From contig JAUPLS010000045.1 of NCBI GenBank assembly GCA_030836805.1, positions 1-53,136 of the forward strand: a stretch of DNA of 53,136 bases, read 5' to 3'. This document shows, piece by piece, positions 20,126 through 31,458 of the stretch. The notes under the pieces were generated by a model. That model worked only from the letters and a program-made list of their open reading frames with translations. It did no database searches and was not told the DNA's origin. The position numbers and the translations under genes are program-made. The stretch's first letter is position 1; each line of letters starts with the position of its first letter. Source of the DNA: Campylobacterota bacterium (GTDB lineage: Bacteria > Campylobacterota > Campylobacteria > Campylobacterales > Sulfurovaceae).

Positions 20126-20938
20126 TTATCCTTTGTTGTGCAGCGTAACGATTTTCTTGTCCACTCCGATAAAAATATTCTCGTCTTTATCTTCATAATC
20201 AATATTTGAAAGCAGGTATCTTATGGCATTAAGCTTGGCTCTTTTTTTATCATTTGCATCCAGTTCGCACCAAGGTGCATAGGATGTACCCGTCTTATCA
20301 AACATCTTATCTCTCAATGTGACATATTCGCCGTAAGCCTCATGCGACTTATAGTCCAATGGCGTTAATTTCCAGTTTTTTAACGGATCCTTTTCCCTGT
20401 CTCTTAGTCGGCCGGCCTGAGTATCACGGGAAATAGTGAGATAAAATTTAAAAAACAAAATACCGTCATCTACCAGCATCTCTTCTACTTCATTAACCTG
20501 CCTATAAAAGTGCTGATGCTGCTGGGGAGTACAAAAACCAAAGATATGCTCAATACCGGCACGGTTATACCAGCTTCTGTCAAAAAAGATGATTTCTCCT
20601 GCGTTGGGAAGCTGTTTGAAATACCGCTGAAAATACCACTGCCCCACCTCTTTGGAATTAGGCTTTGGGAGCGCTACGGTACGTGCTTCTCTGGGGTTAA
20701 GAAACCTGCTAAATTCCTTAATGGTTGAACTTTTCCCTGCACCGTCCATTCCTTCGACTATCACAAGCAGACGTCTGTTTTGACTTATAATCCATTTTTG
20801 AAGCTTGACCAGTTCATACTGGAGTTTCATGGCCTCCTCTTCATAAAATTCACTTTCCATATTGCCATTGCCCTTAAAGACCTTGGAATGTTTTACGGTA
20901 TATTCGGCCAGATTGTCTGCATACTTTGCATTTTGCAT
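20126..20938 (-). CDS. ppk2: Polyphosphate kinase 2 (single domain)
   Basis: EGMDGAGKSS Walker A, QWYFQRY, FDRSWYNRAG, DPLKNWKL. Confidence 0.93.
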   Translation of the reverse strand: MQNAKYADNLAEYTVKHSKVFKGNGNMESEFYEEEAMKLQYELVKLQKWIISQNRRLLVIVEGMDGAGKSSTIKEFSRFLNPREARTVALPKPNSKEVGQWYFQRYFKQLPNAGEIIFFDRSWYNRAGIEHIFGFCTPQQHQHFYRQVNEVEEMLVDDGILFFKFYLTISRDTQAGRLRDREKDPLKNWKLTPLDYKSHEAYGEYVTLRDKMFDKTGTSYAPWCELDANDKKRAKLNAIRYLLSNIDYEDKDENIFIGVDKKIVTLHNKG

Positions 20939-20940
20939 AT

Positions 20941-22485
20941 TTATTGTTTTTCTCCATTGAATTCTCTGGGTATCTCTTTGCTTGTCTGTACACCCAGTTC
21001 CTTGAGTTGCTGCACCTGTTTGACCAAATTTCCTCTTCCGTCGCTTAGTTTGTTTTTGGCCGCATGAAAACTGCTTTGAACGCTGTCTATCTGTTTGGAT
21101 ATTCTGATAAGATCTTCAGAAAATCCCACAAATTTATCGTACATGGCACCCGCACGTCTGGCAATCTCTTTGACGTTTTGATTTTGACGCTCATACTTCC
21201 ATATGTTTTCAACTGCACGCATTGCCACCAGCAACGTCGTCGGCCCCACAAGAAGTATCTTCTTTTTAAAAGCATTGTCATAAATACTGCTGTCATGCTC
21301 CAAAGCAATCGCCAAAGCACCCTCGATGGGCATAAACATAAAAATAAAATCCAAGGTATTTATTTCTTTGAGGCGCTCATAGTTTTTTTGGGAAAGCCCC
21401 TCAATATGAGATCTGATAGAATCCAAATGTATCGCCAAATGATAAGGCTTTTCATCGTCATGGGCATTGATATAGCGCTCGTAGGCCACAAGTGAAGTTT
21501 TTGCATCAATAATCACATCTCTCTTGTCGGGAAGGTGCACGATGACATCAGGCCTTAATGTTTCGCCCTCCTCCGTACGCAGATTTACTTCTCTTTCAAA
21601 CTCAAAACCTTTGCGTAAGCCGGAAGCTTCGAGTACATGCTCAAGCACCATCTCGCCCCATACTCCCTGCTGTTTGTTTTTGCCTTTGAGTGCATTGGTA
21701 AGATTGATGGCATCCTGACTTATTTTTTGATTGAGCTCTTTGAGGGAATTAATCTCATTTTTAAGAACAGCCCTGTCTTGGCTTTCCGTATCATAAGTTT
21801 GCGCCACTTGTTTTTTAAATTCTGCGATCTGGGTTTGAAGGGGCTTGATCATACTGTCTAGATTTTGCTTGGAGAACTCTGCAAATTTTTGGGAATTGCC
21901 CTCAAACACTTTTCTTGCTAATGCCTCAAACTCTTCTTTAAGCTGTTCTTTATTTGACTGCATCATTTCGAGTTTTGCTGCCGTATGCCTGGTGTCAGAT
22001 TCCAATTTTGTGAGCAGCCTGGCATTGTTGGTGCGGTGCTTGTTGTTGTCTTCAAGCAGAATTTCGTTACGTTCTTGCAAAACCTTATGCTCCGCCGAGA
22101 GCTTTTCGTACATCATCTCTATATTTTCAAGTTTTGTTTTTGTTTGGCTTTGCAGTTTTTCAAGCTCATTGTATCTGGCCTGAATGCTCGCGAGCAACTC
22201 TTCTTTGGAGCCTAATATCCCTTTTGTTTCCGCAAATTGCTGCAGCTCCTGTTCATTGCTTGCATTCTTGATATTAAGCGCGGTTAATTCCTGTTCAAGC
22301 TTCTCTATTTTTCTCTCTTTTTCCAAATGGCTCTCTTGAAGTTCAGCTACTTTTTGAGCCAATGTTTTGCTTTTGCTCGAATAGATCACAACGATCAATA
22401 CGATTATCAGCAAGACCACCAAAGCGATACTGACGATAAGTAAAAAAGTAGAATCATCTTGAAGCTTTTCAATCCAATTTTGCAT
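20941..22485 (-). CDS. rmuC: DNA recombination protein RmuC
   Basis: N-terminal TM plus coiled coil; GVWGEMVLE, RPDVIVHLP, IIDAKTSL, DFIFMFMPIE, GPTTLL. Confidence 0.94.
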   Translation of the reverse strand: MQNWIEKLQDDSTFLLIVSIALVVLLIIVLIVVIYSSKSKTLAQKVAELQESHLEKERKIEKLEQELTALNIKNASNEQELQQFAETKGILGSKEELLASIQARYNELEKLQSQTKTKLENIEMMYEKLSAEHKVLQERNEILLEDNNKHRTNNARLLTKLESDTRHTAAKLEMMQSNKEQLKEEFEALARKVFEGNSQKFAEFSKQNLDSMIKPLQTQIAEFKKQVAQTYDTESQDRAVLKNEINSLKELNQKISQDAINLTNALKGKNKQQGVWGEMVLEHVLEASGLRKGFEFEREVNLRTEEGETLRPDVIVHLPDKRDVIIDAKTSLVAYERYINAHDDEKPYHLAIHLDSIRSHIEGLSQKNYERLKEINTLDFIFMFMPIEGALAIALEHDSSIYDNAFKKKILLVGPTTLLVAMRAVENIWKYERQNQNVKEIARRAGAMYDKFVGFSEDLIRISKQIDSVQSSFHAAKNKLSDGRGNLVKQVQQLKELGVQTSKEIPREFNGEKQ

Positions 22486-22486
22486 C

Positions 22487-23014
22487 TTAGCCCCTTATAA
22501 GATCGTAATCTCTGGGATAGTCACATCTGATATTCTCAAGAGGCAGATCCCCCTTGCCGTATTTCATCCGCTTGAAAACAATAAGCACCGTATTGTCCAG
22601 GTCGTCATAGTAAGCCACGCGTGAAAGCTGTCCCTTGGCATCTATTTGTATCGTATATTCTTTGCCTTCATACTTCGCGATGAACACACTTTTTTTGTCT
22701 TTGTACGGCGTTGCCTTTTTTAAAATCTCCGCAAGGTCAAACCCTTTATTGATAAGATAATTTGAAACCTGTTCGAGGTCATGGTCTACGACTAAAACTT
22801 CAACGCCATCACTGCAGACCTCTTTTTTAGCGGGAGAGACATATTCCCATTTGAGCCGGTTCTTGTTTGAAAAATACACTTTTCCGCTATACGTGATCAC
22901 TTTTTTCTTCGGATTGGTGATCGTTTGGACAAAATCCGCCTGAAAATTTTCAGGCACTTGTATTTGCGCAAACAACATAGAACCCGTCATACATATCAAT
23001 AATAGTAATTTCAT
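22487..23014 (-). CDS. lolA: Outer-membrane lipoprotein chaperone LolA-like
   Basis: Signal peptide, FQADFVQ, YSGKVYF, KWEYVSP, VDHDLEQV; divergent from secA; start set at MKLLLL behind the AAGGA RBS. Confidence 0.85.
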   Translation of the reverse strand: MKLLLLICMTGSMLFAQIQVPENFQADFVQTITNPKKKVITYSGKVYFSNKNRLKWEYVSPAKKEVCSDGVEVLVVDHDLEQVSNYLINKGFDLAEILKKATPYKDKKSVFIAKYEGKEYTIQIDAKGQLSRVAYYDDLDNTVLIVFKRMKYGKGDLPLENIRCDYPRDYDLIRG

Positions 23015-23220
23015 CTGTTTCCTTTTGTCAATCAAAATATACCCAAAATCGACTTGTTTTGGGCTAACGTATTGCAATTTTGTCATAAAATCGTGGAAGA
23101 AAAAGAGAAAAATACAGATGCCAAATCATCCTGAAAATAAGCAATTTCTCTAAGGTTTAACCGTCTTTACATTTTTTTTGGATAAAATTATTCGAATTTT
23201 ACAACTAGGCATATGCAACC

Positions 23221-25857
23221 ATGATAAAAACCGTACTTAAAATATTTGGCACACAAAATGAAAAGATCGTCAAAAACTATCTCAAAAAAGTAAAATCGAT
23301 CAATGCGCTTGAAAGCAAATATGAAGCGCTCAGCGATGAAGCGCTGCAATCTGCTTTTACGGCACTCAGGCAAGAAGTACAAAACGGAAAAGCAAGTTTG
23401 AATGAGGTACTTTATGACTCTTTTGCCATTACCCGGGAGGCATCTAAGCGTGTTTTAGGGATGAGACATTTTGATGTCCAAATGGTCGGAGGCATGGTGC
23501 TGCATGATGGCAATATTGCCGAGATGAAAACCGGGGAAGGCAAAACCCTGGTTGCTACCCTTGCGGTCACACTCAATGCGATGAGCGGCAAAGGGGTGCA
23601 TGTCGTCACAGTCAACGACTATCTTGCGCGAAGAGACTCCGAACAGATGGGGATACTTTATAGATTTTTAGGATATTCCGTGGGCTGCATTACCGCCGAT
23701 GTATACAATGAACAAAGCAGAAAAGCACAGTACAATGCAGATATCGTTTACGGAACAAATAATGAATACGGCTTTGATTATCTGCGCGACAACATGAAAG
23801 TAAGACTGGAAGAAAAAGTACAAAGAGAACATCATTATGCTATCGTAGACGAAGTGGATTCCATCCTTATAGATGAAGCCCGTACACCGCTTATCATCTC
23901 AGGCCCCACACACAGAGACCAAAATCACTATGCTAGAGCAGATGCTATTGCCAGACAAATGATCAGGGGCGAAAAAAAAGAAACCAAACCCGGCGAACCC
24001 GAAGAGACAACGGGAGACTTTATCGTTGATGAAAAAAACAGAGTCATCATTATGACTGAACAGGGACTTGAAAAAGCGCAAGAGCTTTTTGAAGTAGAAA
24101 ACCTCTACAGTTTAGAAAATGCAGCGCTTTCACACTATCTAGATCAAGCGCTCAAAGCACATTATATTTTTACAAAAGATGTTGATTATGTCGTGAAAAA
24201 CAATGAAATTATTATCGTTGATGAATTCACGGGAAGACTCAGCGAAGGACGCAGATACAGCGAAGGATTGCATCAGGCACTCGAAGCCAAAGAAGGGGTG
24301 CAGATACAAGAAGAGTCTCAGACCCTAGCAGAAATCACCTATCAAAACTATTTTAGGCTCTACGAAAAACTTGCCGGCATGACCGGTACAGCTCAAACAG
24401 AGGCAACTGAGTTTGCCCAGATTTATAATCTTGATGTCATAAGCATCCCCACCAATGTGCCTATTGCCAGAATAGACAAAAATGACCTCATCTACAACTC
24501 AGAACGAGAAAAACTCGATGCAGCAGTCAAAAGAATTAAAGAAGTACATGCTAAAGGACAACCTATTTTAATAGGTACGGCATCGATTGAAAAATCAGAG
24601 ATGATCCATGAAAGGCTCAAAAAAGAAAAAATCCCCCATAATGTACTCAACGCCAAAAACCATGAGCAAGAAGCACAAATCATTATGAATGCCGGACAAA
24701 AAGGCGCTGTAACGGTGGCTACAAATATGGCCGGCCGCGGGGTTGACATCAAAATAGACGACGAGGTAAGAAGTTTGGGCGGCCTGCTTATTCTTGGCAC
24801 GGAACGTCATGAAAGCCGTCGTATAGACAATCAGCTTAGAGGCCGTTCCGGACGTCAGGGCGATCTTGGGGAGAGTCAATTTTTCCTTAGTCTTGATGAC
24901 AATCTTTTACGTATTTTTGGCGGCGAAAAAATCAGAAATATTATGAATAGGCTGGGCGTAGAAGAAGGGGAATATATCGACTCAAAAATTGTGACAAAAA
25001 GTGTAGAAAAAGCGCAAAAAAAAGTGGAAAACATGCATTACGAATCAAGAAAACACATTCTTGAGTATGACGATGTCGCCAACCATCAAAGAAAAGCGAT
25101 CTATACTTTCAGAAACCAGCTTTTGGATCCAAATTTTAATATTACTGCAAAAATTGCAGAAAATAGAGTCGAATTTGTTGATCACCTTTTGGCTGAATGT
25201 GAGATTTTTGAAGGAATGGCCAAAGAAGACTACAATCTGGAAAAACTTATTTTGCTTCTTAAAGAAGAGATACATATTGATATTCCGCCGGAAGTATTGC
25301 ATGAAAAATCATCTCATGAGATTGCACAGATTATCTATGAAAAGATGACTGATCTTTATGAAACCAAAATGTCAAAAATTAATGCTCAACAAAGACAGGA
25401 AGTTGAACGCATCCTTTATCTTCAGGTGCTCGATCCTCAATGGAGAGACCATCTTTATGAAATGGATGTGCTTAAAACAGGTATAGGACTTAGAGGGTAT
25501 AACCAAAAAGACCCGCTCACAGAGTATAAACAAGACAGTTTCAAACTCTTTACGGATCTAATACAACGCATCAAACATGAGGCTGTAAAAGTACTTCAAC
25601 TGGTACAATTTGATTTCAAATCGTTCCAAGAAGAACAAGAGGCCATTGAGAACATCAAAGAAGAACTCGAAAATGAGATTGCCGATGCGGCCTTCAACCA
25701 ATCTTATGAAGAAGGTATCATCACCGATGATTTGAGCCGCACACCGGTTTTGGAAACCAAAAAACCTAAAAGGAACGATCCCTGCCCTTGCGGCTCAGGA
25801 AAGAAATACAAAAACTGCTGCGGACAAAGCGGGCCCAAAAAAGGACTTTTAGCTTAA
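23221..25857 (+). CDS. secA: Preprotein translocase subunit SecA
   Basis: [38 protein letters not shown]-terminal [17 protein letters not shown]. Confidence 0.99.
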   Translation: MIKTVLKIFGTQNEKIVKNYLKKVKSINALESKYEALSDEALQSAFTALRQEVQNGKASLNEVLYDSFAITREASKRVLGMRHFDVQMVGGMVLHDGNIAEMKTGEGKTLVATLAVTLNAMSGKGVHVVTVNDYLARRDSEQMGILYRFLGYSVGCITADVYNEQSRKAQYNADIVYGTNNEYGFDYLRDNMKVRLEEKVQREHHYAIVDEVDSILIDEARTPLIISGPTHRDQNHYARADAIARQMIRGEKKETKPGEPEETTGDFIVDEKNRVIIMTEQGLEKAQELFEVENLYSLENAALSHYLDQALKAHYIFTKDVDYVVKNNEIIIVDEFTGRLSEGRRYSEGLHQALEAKEGVQIQEESQTLAEITYQNYFRLYEKLAGMTGTAQTEATEFAQIYNLDVISIPTNVPIARIDKNDLIYNSEREKLDAAVKRIKEVHAKGQPILIGTASIEKSEMIHERLKKEKIPHNVLNAKNHEQEAQIIMNAGQKGAVTVATNMAGRGVDIKIDDEVRSLGGLLILGTERHESRRIDNQLRGRSGRQGDLGESQFFLSLDDNLLRIFGGEKIRNIMNRLGVEEGEYIDSKIVTKSVEKAQKKVENMHYESRKHILEYDDVANHQRKAIYTFRNQLLDPNFNITAKIAENRVEFVDHLLAECEIFEGMAKEDYNLEKLILLLKEEIHIDIPPEVLHEKSSHEIAQIIYEKMTDLYETKMSKINAQQRQEVERILYLQVLDPQWRDHLYEMDVLKTGIGLRGYNQKDPLTEYKQDSFKLFTDLIQRIKHEAVKVLQLVQFDFKSFQEEQEAIENIKEELENEIADAAFNQSYEEGIITDDLSRTPVLETKKPKRNDPCPCGSGKKYKNCCGQSGPKKGLLA

Positions 25858-27068
25858 TGGCCATTGCATCCAACAAGCTGTTTGTCCGTCGCATTATCAG
25901 ACATTATCTTAAGTACGATAAGGAAAATCCTTTTATTTTTATCTCTGCCTTGCTTGCTTTTTTGGGTATTGCTGCTGGCGTCATGGTATTGATGATCGCT
26001 ATGGGCATCATGAATGGCACACAAAAAGAGTTTACCAAACGTCTTTTTGTAATGAACTACCCTCTTACGATACTTCCGCTGGAAGAAAAAAGCGTAGACA
26101 ATGCACTGATACAGGTGCTCAAGCAAAAATTTCCTCATCTTAAATTCAGTCCTTACTATACCACACAAGTTATCACAAAAAATGAAGGAGCTGTGCAAGG
26201 CAGCCTTCTTTACGGGGTAGACTTTCATCAAGAGAGTGGCCTTAATCCGATTTTTGCCCAAGCAAAAGGGGAAGGAAAAAGTCCATTCAGGGTGGTCTTA
26301 GGAGATGCACTTTCTTTTGAGATGAATGCACCCAAAGGTGAAAAAGTCACCCTCTATTTTTCAGAACAACAAGCCGCCGGTTTCGGCACAATGCCATTGC
26401 AGAAACGTTTTGAGGTGGATGGTGTTTTTGATTCCGGACTCAAAGCCTATGATAAAGCTATTATATACACGACTTTGGAAGCCTTTGAAACGCTGCTCGA
26501 CAGAGAAAAGGGAATCTATGATGGGCTGCACCTCTTTACAGAAGAACCGCTCAACGAGATAGAAAGTATCAAAAAGGCTCTTCCTGACAATGTGATCATC
26601 GAAGGGTGGTGGGAGCAGAACGGTAATTTTTTTGCGGCCATGGCCATGGAGAAAAAAGCACTTTTTCTTGTTTTGCTTCTTATTATCCTTGTTGCTTCTT
26701 TAAATATCATTTCATCCCTTTTGATGACTGTCATGAGCCGACGCAGCGAAATTGCCTTAATGCGTACATTGGGCGCAACAAAACAGGAGATACGGTCTAT
26801 CTTTTTTAGGCTGGGGGTTATTATCGGCAGTGCAGGCATTGTAGCCGGAACGCTTCTGGGCGGGTTTGGTATCTGGATCCTTACCACTTTTGATATTATT
26901 GCTATGCCGGAAGATGTTTACGGCACAAGCAGGCTTCCTGTAGATTTAACCCTTGCTGATTTTGGTTTGATCTTGCTGGGTACAACTATTATTATCCTGC
27001 TCTCTTCGCTTTATCCCGCAAAAAAAGCGTCACAAACAGATCCCCTGACGGTCTTAAGAAACGAATAG
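25857..27068 (+). CDS. Lipoprotein-releasing ABC transporter permease (LolC/E family)
   Basis: LAFLGIAAGVMVLMIAMGIMNG, VASLNIISSLLMTV..RRSEIALMRTLGAT, SLYPAKKAS; start at the ATG overlapping the secA stop. Confidence 0.92.
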   Translation: MAIASNKLFVRRIIRHYLKYDKENPFIFISALLAFLGIAAGVMVLMIAMGIMNGTQKEFTKRLFVMNYPLTILPLEEKSVDNALIQVLKQKFPHLKFSPYYTTQVITKNEGAVQGSLLYGVDFHQESGLNPIFAQAKGEGKSPFRVVLGDALSFEMNAPKGEKVTLYFSEQQAAGFGTMPLQKRFEVDGVFDSGLKAYDKAIIYTTLEAFETLLDREKGIYDGLHLFTEEPLNEIESIKKALPDNVIIEGWWEQNGNFFAAMAMEKKALFLVLLLIILVASLNIISSLLMTVMSRRSEIALMRTLGATKQEIRSIFFRLGVIIGSAGIVAGTLLGGFGIWILTTFDIIAMPEDVYGTSRLPVDLTLADFGLILLGTTIIILLSSLYPAKKASQTDPLTVLRNE

Positions 27069-27070
27069 AT

Positions 27071-29635
27071 CTATTCCTTCATCATTGACTCGGGTGTCTT
27101 GATCATACGCTTAAGGAATTGGATCGGCATCAGAAGGATATCTTCTGCTGCAGTGGTTCTGATTTTTGGCTCATCAAGGGTTCCTGTTACCTTTAATCCC
27201 ACCGTCATACTTTTATCTTCTCCCATCATAATGTACCCCAATACAGGAATATTACCAAGAAATTTTCCCAATTCTCTAGCCGTTTGAATCGCGAGATCTA
27301 TATGAATTGTTTTTTGCTTCATGTTTATCGTTCCTTTTCCGGCTATCGTTGCAGATTTGCCTTGAATAAAAACAGAATCAAACATAATGGTATCGCCCAA
27401 GATACGATACTCCATGATACCTTTCTTGATCGTAAAACCTTTTTTTGAAAATCCAGGATTATTTAGTGTTGCCAGTGCAGGAACAGTATTCAAAAAAGCC
27501 AGGATATGGCTATAAGCCTTAAAGTCACTCAAAACCCCTCCCTCTATAATCATCTGTCCCTTCATCTCCTTATCCAGATCTCCTGACTGTTTTAAGGAAT
27601 ATCTTCCTTCTTTTAAGCCATCAAAATGAATCAAAGGATGAAGTGCTGCATCTTTGATGCGCAAAGCCTGCAAAGTGATTTTTTTACCCTCTTTGTTAAA
27701 CTTTATAATGTCGCCATCCGAACTTCCTGTTGCTTTAACCGTACCGTTTGGCATCACTTCAATATCATAAGTGTCTGTCACAAGCGTGTATTTGCCGTAT
27801 CTAAAATTACTTTGCTTGCCCAGAATAACCAATTTTTTAATGGTTTCTTTTGTTTGCTGACGCCTTGCTTCTAAAAATTTTTTGAGGTCAATATTGAGAT
27901 TTGAAAGATCAATGCGCGAGGTGTTGACATTCCAATGCAAACGTTTATCAAACGCATAAAAATCCATATTGTTTTTTTCTATCTTGCCGCTATAGGGCAC
28001 CTTAATATGGCAGGCATTGTCTTTATCATAAAAAAAACATGCCTCCCTAAGCAGTTCACCCTTAAATTGATAATTTTCAAAATCACTGCTCCAGATGTCA
28101 AGTGTTCCACCATCTTCTACAATACTCTTGTTGATGAGAAAAGGTTTTATTTTTTTGAGATCTTTTAGGGTGATCAGCGTATCTTTTGCACGCTTTTGAA
28201 GCGTCATTCCCAGTTTTGGTACGGTGACTTTTAATTTGTCGCGATAATCAATTTCAAAGGGTAATTTTTGATCCTTTAGGAACAAAAAGGGCTCTTCTTC
28301 TTTGCCTATCTTCACTTGTTTTGCATCCAACAAAAGAGAGGCTGTTTTTTCTTTGAGTTTTATCTCTCCCTCCACTTCTCCTTCATACCATGCATCCTTG
28401 AGGTAAACCTTTTTTAAATTAACCACATTTTTCCCATAGTGCACTTTTCCCTTGATTACTGGCAATGCAAGGCCGGCAACTTCAACCACTCCTTTTTTCA
28501 ATTCAGCATCAAAAATAAAATCTTTTTTCTTTTGCGTAAGATCTATCTTTGCTTTGAGCGTTGCTTTTGCATCTCCGCTTTTTTGAATTACTGGAACATG
28601 AAAACCGTATGCCTGGAGTATCTCTTGGACCACATTGTCAAACGGGGTATGCAAGCGAAGGTCCAAATAAAGCAGCTTTGATTTCTTTTGGGTCAAATGT
28701 GCGATATCTACCGTACTTCCCTCCAGGCTTCTTTGCTCATAAAAAGGTTCCTTGAAATCAAAATGCAATGCGCCTTTTTTATAGCTCAACAAAAAACCTT
28801 TGGCCACTGCGGGGGGGAGCCCCTGCTTGTAGTGAACTTTTGCATCATCAAACCACATTTCTCCCCGGAGTGCATCGAAGTCTATCTTCAGTGTGCCCCC
28901 ATGGTTTATCTTGGCTTTTCCCTCTAGCGAAAGCAGTTGATACTCTTTTGCCTCTACCTTCTCAACTATCCAGCTTCTCACAGCTTCGCCAAGCGTCAAA
29001 GTATCAACAAATGTTTTGATATCCGTAAAAGGATCGCTCTTGATTGAAAAGCGCAGCTGATCTCGCTCCTTACTCGCATTAAATTCGCCCTTGATATGAT
29101 ATGCATCAAAATTTCCCTGGGTTTGCACTCTGTCTTTTTTAAAATCGTAAATGAGTTTTCCCGTGATGGAAGCATCATTTTTTTTAAGATAAAGTAAAGA
29201 AATATCTACGATAACCCGATACCCTCTTTTGTCTATATTTCCCACAATTTCATAATCATCGCTGGCAATATAAAGTGTATCATTGGCAAAAGCAATCTTC
29301 AGTGTATTGTTTTTAAAATGAACTTTTTCAAGCTCCAAATACTCAAAAAAGGCAAACAGGGATTTAATGTTGTCGAATGCTTTATCAATATTTTCCAAAG
29401 AAGGTTTTGCTTTGCTTATAGGGATGTCCAGCTCTTCAGCCTTAAACGTAAGTTTTTTATCGAGTTTGATGTATAATTTCTTTACCTTATATTCTCCAAA
29501 GGTCAGCTCATCAAATTGTATGCCTGATAGAAGCCAAAAAAAAAGGGCAAAGCCAATGACAATAAAAAAAATCAAACTGTTCCGTATGGCTAAATGGATA
29601 GCGCGGACAGAGTTTATAGCACTTCTTTTGATCAT
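27071..29635 (-). CDS. AsmA-like/YhdP-family periplasm-spanning protein
   Basis: N-terminal TM anchor, LYIKLDKKL motif, beta-rich body, C-terminal AsmA_2-like IPVLGYI...VTGTLDEP. Confidence 0.8.
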   Translation of the reverse strand: MIKRSAINSVRAIHLAIRNSLIFFIVIGFALFFWLLSGIQFDELTFGEYKVKKLYIKLDKKLTFKAEELDIPISKAKPSLENIDKAFDNIKSLFAFFEYLELEKVHFKNNTLKIAFANDTLYIASDDYEIVGNIDKRGYRVIVDISLLYLKKNDASITGKLIYDFKKDRVQTQGNFDAYHIKGEFNASKERDQLRFSIKSDPFTDIKTFVDTLTLGEAVRSWIVEKVEAKEYQLLSLEGKAKINHGGTLKIDFDALRGEMWFDDAKVHYKQGLPPAVAKGFLLSYKKGALHFDFKEPFYEQRSLEGSTVDIAHLTQKKSKLLYLDLRLHTPFDNVVQEILQAYGFHVPVIQKSGDAKATLKAKIDLTQKKKDFIFDAELKKGVVEVAGLALPVIKGKVHYGKNVVNLKKVYLKDAWYEGEVEGEIKLKEKTASLLLDAKQVKIGKEEEPFLFLKDQKLPFEIDYRDKLKVTVPKLGMTLQKRAKDTLITLKDLKKIKPFLINKSIVEDGGTLDIWSSDFENYQFKGELLREACFFYDKDNACHIKVPYSGKIEKNNMDFYAFDKRLHWNVNTSRIDLSNLNIDLKKFLEARRQQTKETIKKLVILGKQSNFRYGKYTLVTDTYDIEVMPNGTVKATGSSDGDIIKFNKEGKKITLQALRIKDAALHPLIHFDGLKEGRYSLKQSGDLDKEMKGQMIIEGGVLSDFKAYSHILAFLNTVPALATLNNPGFSKKGFTIKKGIMEYRILGDTIMFDSVFIQGKSATIAGKGTINMKQKTIHIDLAIQTARELGKFLGNIPVLGYIMMGEDKSMTVGLKVTGTLDEPKIRTTAAEDILLMPIQFLKRMIKTPESMMKE

Positions 29636-30518
29636 CTCTTTTGCCTTTTATACGACGCTGCCCATTCAAACCACACAAACACTTTTTGTGCCTCAAGGCT
29701 CCATAGACAATATTATAACACAGCTGACTAAAAAAGGATACGCTCTAACACCCATAGATAAGTATATTCTTGCGGCCTTAGGCAAACCGCAAAGCGGATG
29801 GATTTATGTAGGCAGCACCCGCCTTAACCGCATCGATTTTCTATACAAACTCACCAGTGCAAAAGCACGCATAGAAAAGATCACACTGATCCCCGGTGAG
29901 ACCAGCGCCATTTTTTTTAATGGCCTAGCGGAGAAGCTGGACTTAAAAAAAGAGGAGCTCTTTAAGCACTATCACGCATTCTCGAGTTACCCGGAAGCCG
30001 GTATCTATGCAGATACCTATTATGTCCCTTTGGGTATAAAGGAAAAACAATTGATGGATTTTCTCATCAGAGAATCTGAGAAAAAATACAAAAATTTTTC
30101 AGAAAAAATTTACGGCAACTACGATAAAAAACGATGGAAAAGAATATTGATCATTGCTTCCATCATTCAAAAAGAAGCGGCAAACAATGAAGAGATGCCG
30201 CTTGTCTCATCAGTGATCCATAACCGGCTTCAAAAGGGGATGCGATTACAGATGGATGGTACACTCAATTACGGAGAATACTCTCATACCAAAGTCACAC
30301 CCGAACGAATCCGTAACGATGAAACAACATTCAACACCTATAAGCACAAGGGCATACCCGATTCGCCTATCGGAGCAGTAAGCATAGACGCAATCAAAGC
30401 TGCGATAAAACCTGCCCGCACCAACTATCTTTACTTTATGAAAAACGCACAAGGCGTACATGATTTTACAGATACGTTTCAAGAGCACAGGAAAAATGTT
30501 GAGAATATAAAAAAATAG
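29556..30518 (+). CDS. mltG: Endolytic transglycosylase MltG
   Basis: ITLIPGET, IIASIIQKEA (catalytic Glu), LQMDGTLNYG, FNTYKHKGIP, YLYF; start uncertain (29556 or 29586). Confidence 0.92.
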   Translation: MTIKKIKLFRMAKWIARTEFIALLLIISFAFYTTLPIQTTQTLFVPQGSIDNIITQLTKKGYALTPIDKYILAALGKPQSGWIYVGSTRLNRIDFLYKLTSAKARIEKITLIPGETSAIFFNGLAEKLDLKKEELFKHYHAFSSYPEAGIYADTYYVPLGIKEKQLMDFLIRESEKKYKNFSEKIYGNYDKKRWKRILIIASIIQKEAANNEEMPLVSSVIHNRLQKGMRLQMDGTLNYGEYSHTKVTPERIRNDETTFNTYKHKGIPDSPIGAVSIDAIKAAIKPARTNYLYFMKNAQGVHDFTDTFQEHRKNVENIKK

Positions 30519-30531
30519 ATCCGCAAAATCA

Positions 30532-31458
30532 CTAAAGTAGATTTTTTAAATCACTCAGATCAAACAAAAGCAAACTTTCATCCCTGCACTGCAACAGTTC
30601 ATTGGAAAAACCGTCTTTGGAAAATAAAGCATAGGTATTCACTTCAAGTCCAGAGCGTGCTGCTTTTGCTTTGAGTTTTGTCAGTTCACTTTTGCATACT
30701 TTTCTGTCTTTATATTTGCATTCCCCCAAGATAAGTTTATCGTCTCCGGTAACTGCCAAAATGTCAAATTCATCATCCCGGTTCCAATAGCTCCCGCTGC
30801 TTTTAAGCGGTGTGCTTTCTTCATAATGCTCTACCAGAAGTGCATCACAAAGCTGCTCGTAGACCAAAGAGCGCAAACGTTCATAGTGGTTTTGAAAATT
30901 TTCCATAAACCATTCACCTTTGCCACAGACAAGATCCTGTCTGTAGTATGCCACAAATCCAAACCAGAAGCGCATAAAAGGCTGCACAAACCGAAGCTTA
31001 TCTTGTATGCGGTATGTCCTGAGTTCTTTTTTTAGTTTATGCTTGGGGTGGATACGCAGCGGTGTTTCCCTGGATATTTCAAGTCTAAGAATATTTAGAT
31101 CTATCAATTCATCTATAATTTGTTCGCCCGCTGTCTCGCTCAGCCTGGCTTTTCTCAACACACTATAGAGCTTGCCATCTCCTCTGGCTACAGCCACCAA
31201 GATCTCTTTGTAGGGACTTTCCAGAAGATAACTCGGCCTCACCAGGGATTCAAAAACATGGAAATTTTGTACGAAATTGGATTCCACCATAGAAAAAATA
31301 TCATCAAAATAATCCAAAGCAATACTCTCTTCCATGCCCCCTAAAATTGAAAAATATTCTAATGCCTGTTCTATGGAAAGATGATTGAAAAACTGATGAA
31401 ATGTCTTAAATGAAGTTTTAATGAAATTCCTTTTTGATTTAGTTGGTTGGCTCAACAC
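30532..31458 (-). CDS. DUF234-like protein with C-terminal PD-(D/E)xK-type domain (ATPase domain absent)
   Basis: FMRFWFGFV, YEQLC, GSYWNRDDEFDI, ILGECKY, YALFSKDGF. Confidence 0.75.
   Translation of the reverse strand: MLSQPTKSKRNFIKTSFKTFHQFFNHLSIEQALEYFSILGGMEESIALDYFDDIFSMVESNFVQNFHVFESLVRPSYLLESPYKEILVAVARGDGKLYSVLRKARLSETAGEQIIDELIDLNILRLEISRETPLRIHPKHKLKKELRTYRIQDKLRFVQPFMRFWFGFVAYYRQDLVCGKGEWFMENFQNHYERLRSLVYEQLCDALLVEHYEESTPLKSSGSYWNRDDEFDILAVTGDDKLILGECKYKDRKVCKSELTKLKAKAARSGLEVNTYALFSKDGFSNELLQCRDESLLLFDLSDLKNLL

Noticed and set aside
25788-25856. TTG-start extension of the permease ORF
   Set aside because: Overlaps the SecA metal-binding tail; the ATG at 25857 coupled to the secA stop is more plausible.
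28811-28817. G7 tract in the asmA-like gene as a phase-variation switch
   Set aside because: Below the usual hypervariable length, the frame is intact, and the gene is probably a core envelope gene.
29367-29555. N-terminal extension of the mltG ORF in the track
   Set aside because: Antisense to the conserved part of the asmA-like gene; MltG normally begins shortly before its TM helix.
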